DNA from: Eledone cirrhosa
Taxonomy: Eukaryota
DNA length: 64,000 bases
NCBI GenBank assembly: GCA_964016885.1
Contig: OZ024742.1
Location: 289,974,001-290,038,000, forward strand
Reading direction: 5' to 3'
Below, piece by piece: positions 38,552 to 50,299 of the stretch. Positions within the stretch are counted from its first letter, which is position 1; each line of letters starts with the position of its first letter. The notes beneath the pieces are model-generated. The model searched no databases and was not told where the DNA came from. It was given only the letters and a program-made list of their open reading frames with translations. The position numbers and the translations under genes are program-made.

Positions 38552-39882
38552 TTTGCAATGGTTTTCTGTATTGCATTCAGGAATTGCGAGCATGGTGTTT
38601 ACATCCGATATCGAACCTCAGGCAGCATATTTAACATCAGGCGCTTTGCTGCGAAGACAAAAGTATTTACATCAGTCATAAGAGACCTCTTGTATGCAGA
38701 TGATTGCGATCTTGTAGCGCACACAGAGAGTGATATGCAGCACATTTTGAATGTATTTTCTGACGCTTGCACTGCCCTGGGTTTGACTGTCAGTCTCAAG
38801 AAAACCGTCGTCATGTACCAACCTGCACCTGGTAGGCAGTACACTGAACCAAACATCTATGTGTATGGCAAACGACTTGGAGTGGTTGATCAGTTTGTCT
38901 ACCTGGGAAGCACTGTCAATCGATACGGCAACCTTGACAGTGAAATCTCACTTAGGATTAGGAAAGCAAGTGATGCTTTCGGAAAGCTAGAAAGGCGACT
39001 CTGGGGTCGGCGAGACATATGCAGGAGGACAAAGGTAAAGGTGTACAGGGCATGTGTACTCTCTTGTCTTCTTTATGCCTGCGAGACCTGGGTCACATAT
39101 CGACGCCACCTTAAGCAATTGGAGCGTTTCCATCAGATGTGTCTCAGACGGATACATGGCGTTCGCTGGAGGGACCACATCAGTGATGTCGAGATTTTGG
39201 AAAGCTCTATGTGTGACAGTATAGAAGCTCTTGTGCTTAAGCAGCGACTCCGTTGGAGTGGTCACCTTGCCAGGATGAAGGATTCTAGAATACCAAAACA
39301 ACTCTTCTATGGAGAGTTGGTTAAAGGAAAACGACCGCCACATAAACCAAAAAAGAGGTATAAGGATTCCTTGAAGGCCTCTCTGAAAGACGCTAACATC
39401 TCTGCTGATACATGGGAAAATATTGCTGCTGATCGTAATAAATGGAGAAAGACTGTATATGAGGGAAAAGTTGCCTTTGAGGCATCTCGAATCGCACACG
39501 AGAAAGTAAAGCGGGACGTGAGGAAGGGTATTGCTGTTGCACTTCCAGACGGCGAGGGTCCTCCTATGTTTCTGACATGCAGCGTCTGTGCGAGACTCTG
39601 CCTAAGCAAAGCTGGACTCGAAAGTCATCTTCGCAGTCATAAAGTAAGACCAGTGGTTGACTACCAGGCTGCTGTTGGAGATGCTACTCATCATGCTTGC
39701 CAAACATGTGGTAGAGAATGTAAATCAGCAGGAGGACTCAAGCGACATGCAAAAGTACACGAACTCCAACCACAGCCGACTATTCCCAGTAAATGTTTTG
39801 GTTGCCGACTCTGTGCAAGACATTTTGGATCATTGGCTGGGCTAAAAAGCCACATTCGATCGCAGCACTGTTAGTTGCTATC

Positions 39883-39920
<38 letters not shown>

Positions 39921-39999
39921 GCTTATGTGCGTGCGTGTGTGTGTATATATATATGAATATGTATATTATTATTGTTGTTGTCGTTATTATTATTATTGC

Positions 40000-40057
<58 letters not shown>

Positions 40058-40150
40058 TTTTTTTTTTTTTTTTTTTTTTTTTATTGTGCAATGGCCATAC
40101 TCGATAACGAGGGGGCAGCCATCATGTATGTATGTATGTATGTATGTATG
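38552..40150 (+). mobile_element. 5'-truncated RTE/BovB-like LINE with open RT C-terminal half and three C2H2 zinc fingers
   Basis: DLLYADD, FVYLGS, RLRWSGHLARM, PKQLFYGEL; stop at 39872-39874; tail gcagccatc(atgt)n. Confidence 0.9.
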
Positions 40151-40332
40151 TATGTATGTATATACATACATATATATATATTATATATATATATTATATG
40201 GTGGTAGATTGGCAGTATCAGTAGAGGGTCGGACGCGATGCTTTGACGTTCAAATCCCGCCGAGGTTAACTTTGCCTGAATATATATATATAAAGGCAAA
40301 GTTGTAAATTGCGAACAAATATCGTCCGCACC

Positions 40333-40402
<70 letters not shown>

Positions 40403-40655
40403 AATGAGAGGTATAGAGATTGTTTTAGCAAGAAGCTAACGGCATTCTATAACATATATGCGACTATAACGTCAAGATGGGAAAAGTAGTTAACGAAAGA
40501 TTTAGGAAAAATAACTCAATCTCATCTCAAAAGAGAATCAGGATATAAATTCATCCACAGAATTTAGAAAAATCCAGGGAAAAATCTATAGACCTTTAAC
40601 TCATGATAAAATAAAGTTTGAAACACTTATCCTTCAATTTGGAATAACATCAAAT

Positions 40656-40736
40656 GCTCTGTATAGTCTTAAAAGACTATTTCATGAAAACTTTCAGTGG
40701 AGATGGTCACGGTTGGATTTCATTCATCAGCAGAGC
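40656..40736 (-). ncRNA. Type I hammerhead ribozyme
   Basis: gctctg-CTGATGA-atgaaa...tttcat-GAAA-tagtctt tt aagacta-TA-cagagc (AUA triplet); all three stems pair. Confidence 0.85.
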
Positions 40737-41282
40737 TCAACAGAAACCAGGGCTCTCACAGTAATATAATCCGAAAAAGGGAGTTCTAAAACTGGCTAGT
40801 TCGCCTTCATGTGTATTTATGAAAAAGCACATGAGGAAAAAACGGGGCTAGTGACGTCAGGATGGAAGTGAATGTTTATTTACAAGAAATAGCAGTCAAA
40901 TACATTCTGAAAAAACTCTACAAAGGAGTTCAGCAAAATAGCAATAATTATCACAGTTTTTATGAAAAAAACCGGGATTAGTCACAGATAGTTTAAGCAC
41001 TCTAGGAAAAGAATCCGAGTATAAATATAAATGAGAGGTATAGAGATTGTTTTAGCAAGAAGCTAACGGCATTCTATAACATATATGCGACTATAACGTC
41101 AAGATGGGAAAAGTAGTTAACGAAAGATTTAGGAAAAATAACTCAAACTCATCTCAAAAGAGAATCAGGATATAAATTCATCCACAGAATTTAGAAAAAT
41201 CCAGGGAAAAATCTATAGACCTTTAACTCATGATAAAATAAAGTTTGAAACACTTATCCTTCAATTTGGAATAACATCAAAT

Positions 41283-41363
41283 GCTCTGTATAGTCTTAAA
41301 ATACTATTTCATGAAAACTTTCAGTGGAGATGGTCACGGTTGGATTTCATTCATCAGCAGAGC
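41283..41363 (-). ncRNA. Type I hammerhead ribozyme (second copy)
   Basis: Same as 40656-40736 with one stem III mismatch. Confidence 0.8.
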
Positions 41364-41568
41364 TCAACAGAAACCAGGGCTCTCACAGTAATATAATCCG
41401 AAAAAGGGAGTTCTAAAACTGGCTAGTTCGCCTTCATGTGTATTTATGAAAAAGCACATGAGGAAAAAACGGGGCTAGTGACGTCAGGATGGAAGTGAAT
41501 GTTTATTTACAAGAAATAGCAGTCAAATACATTCTGAAAAAAACTCTACAAAGGAGTTCAGCAAAATA

Positions 41569-42422
41569 TGCGGACGATATTTGTTCGCAATATACAACTG
41601 CTAATTTTATACAAGTTTTTTTTTACTTCCGTTGTCATTCTTTTCTTCATAAAAACAGTGACTATATTTCCATTATTTATTTTCAGAATAATTGATTATG
41701 AATAATTTTGAACCTCCAAATTTGTGGAATCCGCGCCGGGAGGACAAATAAGACCAGAAGATCAACTCCCAGAACAGCAGGTGGCTCGCTGTCTCATCCA
41801 AAGACGTGCCCAGAGTCATGCAGACAAAATTTCCAGTGACAACATTGGTCTTAGGTGTCGTCAGCAGTCAAGGTGACGTCATGCCACTCACTTCTTCCCT
41901 GAGGGTCTCAAGCTGAACACCGATGGCTACATCCGCGTTATGAGCGAGGTAGTAAAGCCCTGAATCGACCAGGTAGCTGCAGGTAGGCCATAAATGTGGC
42001 AGCAAGACTCAGTGCCCTGCCATACCAGCCGAAAGACCCAAGCCTGGCTGTCAGAGAACTTCGTCGACCACACTTCACCTGACATCTGGCCTCCCAGCTC
42101 GCCTCACTGCAACCCCCTCGATTTCTTTGTGTGGGGCACAGTGGGACGAGACACCAACAGATCTGGCTGCAATACGAAAGACGATCTGAAGGCCAGGATC
42201 ACAAGTGCCTTTGGGGGCCTTAGTTGGGGGACAGTAACGAAGGCCTGTAGCCGGTTCCGAGGCCGCCTTGAGGCCGTCATCAAAGGCGAGTTTATCGAGT
42301 GAGATCGAAAGAACAAGTCATGAAGACAAACTGACTCAAGTTTGATAAATATATCTTAAAAAATATAACTACTGTGTTATTTTTTCCTAGACAGTAATCT
42401 TTCGAACAGATATCGTCCGCAC

Positions 42423-42426
<4 letters not shown>
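41569..42426 (+). mobile_element. Tc1/mariner superfamily DD37D (maT-type) transposon remnant
   Basis: WQQD-x37-D (WPPSSPHCNPLD); TIRs tgcggacgatatttgttcg / cgaacagatatcgtccgcactctg|TA; an extra inverted left end at 40295-40335. Confidence 0.85.
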
Positions 42427-42479
<53 letters not shown>

Positions 42480-42651
42480 TCTTTTACTCTTTTACCTGTT
42501 TCAGCCATCCGGCTGAGGCCATGCTATATATATTCTAAAAAAAATTTTTTCCAGGATTCATAAAAATGGCTTCTCTCGGCCTCTAAATCGCTATTCAGCC
42601 CCCCCCTCTCTCTATCATATACGTGCCTGTCTTTCTATCATATACGTCCTA

Positions 42652-42727
<76 letters not shown>

Positions 42728-43123
42728 CACTCCCTACTCGCGCCAAATATAAATAAACCTGTTACGAGGTACGAATCTCAGAATTTGTCAACTCTTATTA
42801 ATGGTCAGTCCACTTCTACGAAATGTAATGTAAAAATAACATTTTCTTCTTGTCACCCCACCCTTCGGTTCATTCATCCATATATCTATGAATCCAAATC
42901 CTACTTCTTAATTGCTATTCTATAATTCTGTCTGACTGTTCTAAATAATCTTCTCCTCGCTAACTACCCATACACCTCCCACCCGCCCCTAATCTCCACC
43001 TTTATTATTTGGACCAATCACAAGTCAACGGCCTATGCTATCACTTCTCCTGGTCGCTTTTCGATATGATGGATGGACTAAGGAATTTCTGGAGAGTCTG
43101 AAGAATCTGGACACTCGAAGACA

Positions 43124-45540
43124 ATGCCAAAGATAACGACAAATTCACCTCATGCTGCCGGCCGAAAGGGCAAGGACTCCTCCGCTTTGTTTCGGCCGCG
43201 GATGGCCAACATAACCCCAACCCCATCCCCCTCACCCCTCCCTGCGCCCCACCCGCCAAACGCAATCCAAAACTTCAGAGTTGGTACCATGAATGTAGGC
43301 ACCTTAAAAGGCCGCTCTAACGAGGTTGTAGAAATGCTTGAACGTAAGGAGGTCGATGTTTGTTGTATTCAAGAGACCAGGTGGAGGGGTGGGTCTGCTA
43401 GATTCATTGAGGGTAAAAAACAATGTTATAAGCTTTTATGGGTGGGAAACGACGATGGGCTGGGTGGAGTAGGAATCATGGTAGCAGAAAAATAGGTGGA
43501 TAAGATAATAGACGTAAATAGAGTGAATGACAATAATTAAAATAAGACTTGTTCTAAATAGAACTACTGTGACAGTAATATCTGCGTACGCACTGCAATC
43601 CGGACTGCCTGGCGCTATAAAAGACAGATTCTATGAGACACTGATATTCACTACCTCCCAAATAACCGACAGTGACTATATAATTATAGCTGGCGACCTA
43701 AATGGTCACGTTGGACAACATTGTGATGGCTATGACGGAATCCACGGAGGCTATGGGTTTGGTACTAGAAATGAGGAAGGCTCCAGAATCCTGGAATTCT
43801 GTGATGCAAATAACCTAACTATCTGTAACACTAACTTCAAAAAACGAGACAATCACTTGATCACCTATAGATCAGGGGAACATACCAGCCAGGTAGATTA
43901 TATCCTTACCAGAAGACGTGACAGAGTGTCTGTTGTAAACACTAAATCCCTCCCCCATGAAGAATGCACCTCCCAAAATAGACTCATAATTAGCGACCTT
44001 ATAGTCAGGACGAGACGTACTCGACAACCGAAGAGGACTATCCTCAGGAGAAAAATATGAAGTTAAAGGACCCCACAGCCAGTAATAAATTTAAAAGCAT
44101 ATTACTTGAATCAATGGCCGAACTAGAGAAGAAATTCCAAACATGGAAGCATCGCCTAGAATCAAAAGGCCTTAAAATTAACTTGTCTAAGACTAAAGTT
44201 CTAGTTTGTAGGAAGGAAAATAGGGCACCGGTCCCATCCGGGAAATGGCCATGCTCAGTGTGTAGGAAAGGAGTAGGTAGAAACTCCATTTTATGTCCCA
44301 AATGCAAAGTATGGGTACATAAAAGATGTAGTGGGATCACAGGTAAGCTAACTAAGAATATAGATTTTATATGTGGCCGGTGCTCTGGTGCAATAAGTAG
44401 CAGCAAGTGCCCACAGAATACTAACTCATTCCATTGCACAGATGGTTCTATAGAAATAGTGGACAGCTTCCGTTACCTGGGTGACAAAGTCAGCAGTGGG
44501 GGAGGGTGCTCTGAAAGTACAGTAGCTAGAGTCAGAACGGGATGGAAAAAGTTCAGAGAGCTTATACTACTATTGGCCGCTAAATGGTTCTCTCTAAAAA
44601 TGAAAGGCAGGCTGTATGATGCCTGCATACGAACAGCAATGTTACATGGCAGTGAGATCTGGGCATTGTGTGCAGAGGATATACGCATACTGGAGAGAAA
44701 CGAAGCTTGCATGCTCCGCTGGATGTGTAATAGTAATATACGTGAACGGCAAAGCATAAACGAACTAAGGGAGAAATTAGGAATAAGAGGGATCAGATGT
44801 TGTTTACTCGAGAGAAGACTACGTTGGTATGGTCACGTGATGCGCATGAAAGACGACAGCTGTATAAAAAAGTGCAAGGCGATAAAAATAGACGGTAGCC
44901 ACGGAGTAGGCAGACCCAGAAAAACCTGGGACGACTTGATAAATTCCGACCTCACACACATACGCCTCTCCAAGACAATGCCACTGGACCGAGAGCTTTG
45001 GCGCTACACAGTTATACAGAAGACGTGCCTTGCCTAAGTACAAAGCGAAACCTACAGTCAGTAGGCACCTCTAACGAAATACACCCCCGTCCCACAACCC
45101 CCACCCATTCACACCACCCTCTTAAATGTGAAGTTATGTTGGTACCACAACATCCAGTCCGAAACGAATGAGGTCGTGTAGGTGTCACGACAAAAAAAAC
45201 ACATACAGTCCACGCTGTAATGAGGCCGTGTAGGCAACACGGTAAAAACCTCCCAGTCCCACACTGTAAATATGGTTGGTGTTAGGAAGGGCATCCAGCT
45301 GTAGAAAACCCGCCAGACAGTCCACGCTGTAATGTGGCCGTGTAGGCAACACGGTAAAAACCTCCCAGTCCACACTGTAAACGTGGTTGGTATTAGGAAG
45401 GGCATCCAGCCGTAGAAAACCTCCCAGACAGTCCTATACGAGTAGGACAACCAATCTTGCCTCAGGTGGGAAAACTCCCGTCCAAACCCATGCAAGCGTG
45501 GAAGATGGACGTTAAACGATGACGATAATGATGATGATAT
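43124..45540 (+). mobile_element. RTE-clade LINE: APE endonuclease, deleted RT core, PHD insert, C-terminus and 3' UTR
   Basis: GTMNVGTL, CIQETRW, AGDLNGHVG and SQVDYIL endonuclease motifs joined near 44105 to ESMAELEKK; (GAT)n tail. Confidence 0.93.
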
Positions 45541-45587
45541 ATATATATATATAATATATATATATAATATATATATATATATAATAT

Positions 45588-45619
<32 letters not shown>

Positions 45620-45689
45620 AAATATATATATATATAATATATATATAATATATATATATATATAATATAATATATATATATATATATAT

Positions 45690-45731
<42 letters not shown>

Positions 45732-45735
45732 ATAT

Positions 45736-45767
<32 letters not shown>

Positions 45768-45782
45768 ATATATATATATAAT

Positions 45783-45814
<32 letters not shown>

Positions 45815-45902
45815 ATATATATATATATAATATATATATATATAATATATATATATATATTATATATATATATATATAATATATATAATATATATATATA
45901 TA

Positions 45903-46365
45903 TCATCATCATTTCCTGGCACTTCTTCACCCATCGGTCATCCTCCATGCGCATCACATGTCCATACCACCTCAGTCTCCTCTCCCGTACACTACATTCT
46001 ATCCCACTCAGACACAGTTTCTCTCTCAACACATTTATGCTGGGTCATTCACGCATATTGACATTGCACATCCAACGGAGCATGCTTGCCTCATTTCTCT
46101 CCAGCCGTCGCATATCCTCTGCAGTTGCTGCCCATGTCTCACTACCATGCAGCATCGTGCTACTCACACAGGCATCATACAACCGGCCTTTCGTACGCAG
46201 GGAGAAACCCTTCTTCGTCAGCAGAGGAAGCAGCTCCCTAAACTTCTTCCAACCCGTCCTTATTCTAGATACTATGGCCTCGGAACACCTCCCTCCCATG
46301 CTAATCTGATCTCCTAGGTACCGGAAGCTATTCACCACTTCTATAGCACCCGCCTGAATTTGAAA
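45903..46365 (-). mobile_element. RTE LINE fragment (third subfamily)
   Basis: SFRYLGDQIS...WKKFRELLPLL...RLRWYGHVMRM. Confidence 0.85.
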
Positions 46366-46499
46366 AATAATATATATATATATATATATAATATATATAT
46401 ATATATATAATATATATATATAATATATTTAAAGGAATGATCGACTTTCGTCAAATCGAACCGAGGGAACAATGTTTCCGTTGGTCTTTCCAATTGCTA

Positions 46500-46652
46500 A
46501 TACTATCTATCGGTCGCAACTCCAGGTAGAAGGAGCAGCGTGAAATAAAGTGTCTTGCTCAAGGACATAACGCATCGCCTGGTCCAGGAATCGAACTGAC
46601 AACCTTACGATTGCGAATCCAATTCTCTAACCACTCAGCGACACGCCTTCAC
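46500..46652 (-). mobile_element. CORE-type SINE 5' part (variant)
   Basis: Reverse complement gives gctgagtggttagag...cagttcgattcc...tccttgagcaagacactttatttcac. Confidence 0.7.
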
Positions 46653-46861
46653 AAATTTAATTGTTTCTACTTTTAGGCACAAGGCCAGCAATTACCCAGT
46701 GCATTACTGGTACTTTATTTTATCGACCCCGTAAGGATGAAAGGCAAAGTCAACCTCGGCGGGATTTGAACTCAGATCGTAAAGGGTCGTAACTATGCTG
46801 CAAAGCATGGCGTCCGACCCTCTACCGATACTGCCAAGCCACCGCTTAATAATATAATATA

Positions 46862-46902
<41 letters not shown>

Positions 46903-46916
46903 TATATAATATATAT

Positions 46917-46995
<79 letters not shown>

Positions 46996-47039
46996 TATAT
47001 ATAATATATATATATATAATATATATATATATATAATAT

Positions 47040-47162
<123 letters not shown>

Positions 47163-47190
47163 TATATAATATATATAATATATATATATA

Positions 47191-47341
<151 letters not shown>

Positions 47342-47523
47342 AAGGTTTAGCAAATAATGAAAAAGTTTCAAAATAAATTTTAAAAAATTGACTTTACCTA
47401 CTATAGTTACCTTTACGGCCCTTGATAAACCTGTTTCTTCATCCACTCTCATCCCAGGAACAGTTTTGATAGCGCTAGTTTGTGATTTAAATTCAGGAAT
47501 TTTATATTCTTTGAATGAAAAGA

Positions 47524-47607
47524 ACCTTCTGACGAGAATCTTTCTTTGCAACGAAGGCCGTATGGTCTCCGTTTTATTTTTGGGATTCGAAACCGATCGG
47601 TAAAGGT
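47524..47607 (+). ncRNA. Type I hammerhead ribozyme
   Basis: acctt-CTGACGA-gaatc...gattc-GAAAC cgatcg GTA-aaggt; palindromic stem III. Confidence 0.85.
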
Positions 47608-48003
47608 AACTATAGTAGGTAAAGTCAATTTTTTTTAATTTATTTTGAAACTTTTTCATTATTTGCTAAACCTTGTTTATATTTGTTCTGGCTCGTTAAT
47701 TTATTAACCCGCCATTGAACCACACTGGCATTTGGTTGGACAATACATGCGTACCTTGGCGCCTTGTGCGTGAAGGAACGTATATCCTATTACTACTACC
47801 TCCACTAACGTTGAGAACAAAATTGGTCATTCTGACTGCTGCTAGCAATAGCTGTGGCTAGTCTGACCTACCTCCTTTTGCCTCTATCTTTGCTACGGCC
47901 CTTGATAAACCTGTTTCTTCATCCACTCTCATCCCAGGAACAGTTTTGATAGCGCTAGTTTGTGATTTAAATTCAGGAATTTTATATTCTTTGAATGAAA
48001 AGA

Positions 48004-48087
48004 ACCTTCTGACGAGAATCTTTCTTTGCAACGAAGGCCGTATGGTCTCCGTTTTATTTTTGGGATTCGAAACCGATCGGTAAAGGT
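48004..48087 (+). ncRNA. Type I hammerhead ribozyme (second copy)
   Basis: Identical to 47524-47607. Confidence 0.85.
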
Positions 48088-48272
48088 AACTATAGTAGGT
48101 AAAGTCAATTTTTTTAAATTTATTTTGAAACTTTTTCATTATTTGCTAAACCTTGTTTATATTTGTTCTGGCTCGTTAATTTATTAACCCGCCATTGAAC
48201 CACACTGGCATTTGGTTGGACAATACATGCGTACCTTGGCGCCTTGTGCGTGAAGTGAAGGAACGTATATCC

Positions 48273-48310
<38 letters not shown>

Positions 48311-48609
48311 TATAATACATATCTTCAGATGTTGTCCTCAACTGAAATCACATCTGCTCTGTAACTGGATTGACATTCCTACGATGACTCAACCACCTTG
48401 AACTTCTCTGCTCTTTACACCTTACATCGACTACGATTTTCATTACTCTCTGAACTCACTTTCTGTACCCTTATATTCTTTTTCTCCCTCATCTCCCCTT
48501 ATATTTAAACTTTTTCCTATGTTATTTATTCCCCCCTACTTTCTACCTTACACTTTACATACCCACCTTTTATATTTATAGATATTCATTTCTGTGTGTA
48601 TGTATGTTT

Positions 48610-48658
<49 letters not shown>

Positions 48659-48745
48659 GTGTACATGTGTATACAATTATATATATGTGTACGTATATGT
48701 ATGTGTATATATATATATATGTGTGTGTGTGTTTATATGTGTGTG

Positions 48746-48778
<33 letters not shown>

Positions 48779-48801
48779 ATATCTATATCTATATCTATAT
48801 A

Positions 48802-48875
<74 letters not shown>

Positions 48876-50299
48876 AATTAAAATACTAGAGTGTGTTGGA
48901 GTTAAACACCCTCTTCGTATTATAGAAATGACAGTAAAGGTATAGCTCAATGTAATTAAACAGAGCCGAAGAATTATGAAAATAAACCAAAGAAGCCTTC
49001 AATACATCAAAAGTCTTTATTAGCCAACAATGTTTCGTCCTATTAATACTAATCAGGGCAATTAAAGCTATAAGAAGCACTATCGGCCAATACAAGCCAA
49101 AAACTCAGAAGAATATGGAGTGTACATACATTAAAGTATAGGAAAATTATCGAGTAAAAATTATCAAGTAAAAATTGCTAAGGAAGTGAATAACATTTTG
49201 AACCATATTACAAATATAGTACAATGCAAAAACTAAAGCTAAGCAAAGGTGGTGATATAGAGCGGGAATAATTGTACTATATATAATATAATATAATATA
49301 ATATAATATAATATAATATAATATAATATAATATAATATAATATAATTGATAATGATAATAATAATAATAATACTATTAAAAGGCCCAATATACATATAT
49401 ATATATATATACATATGTACACATATATACATATATATCAATACACATTTCCATCAATACAAGCACAAACTAACACTTATTAAGAGTTTAAATGTAAATA
49501 AAAATAAGAATAAAAATAAAATTAAAATTAAAATAAAAATAAAAATAAAAATAAAAATAAAAATAAAAATAAAAATAAAAATATAATACATATATTATTT
49601 ACAGTATAAAATGAAGAAGAAATGAGTAAAAGTAAACATATATATAATATACTATATAATTATATAATTGATAATCTCCGGTTAATTTGCACAAACAATA
49701 TAAATGTTACAATAACACTATAATAACAATATTATAATATATTGGCATATAACTTAACAAATCATATAGAGGTACAGACTGGGTGAGAAAAAATGTCGTA
49801 CAGAACTAAATTATGTTGGAAAAATTGTGCTGGAAAAATATTAATACCATTGCAAGAAAACAGATGGAGGTCAAGTTTTTATACAATTGGTGTAAATAAA
49901 TATTATCCAAACATTACAAAAATTATAAAAATATAAACATATTACAGAATTTACAAAATTTAACATAATGGTACATTTAATAATCGGTAAATAATTAAGA
50001 TCAATAGTACGTTTACAAAGAGTGGAATGATATAACAACTTCAATATCAAATAATGAACATAGTATAATATACATAATTACGTGGTTGGTGGACAGACAT
50101 TTGTGAATAAGTGAATAAGAACCAGACAGAAAACTACGCACGGTAGTATAAATATATAAATAAAATCAACCAGAAATCGAAAAACAAAAACAAAAGTATT
50201 TACTTGGGTGTCACATGCAGTTAAGTAAAAAATTTAGGAAATAAACCCGGATAAATGACTAGAAAACCTTATTAAATTAATTAATATTGAAAGTATTTA

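Larger units (their letters stand above)
40398..41568 (-). mobile_element. Non-coding HHR element, 1.9 tandem copies of a 627-bp unit
   Basis: 40401 repeats at 41028; near identical; one end in (TA)n. Confidence 0.85.

Noticed and set aside
38516-39874. Host C2H2 zinc-finger gene
   Set aside because: Start codon lies in a (TATG)n microsatellite and most of the ORF is RTE reverse transcriptase
47419-47430. TTGATAA as an alternative hammerhead core in the 480-bp unit
   Set aside because: No matching stem I or II; the CTGACGA at 47529 explains the fold
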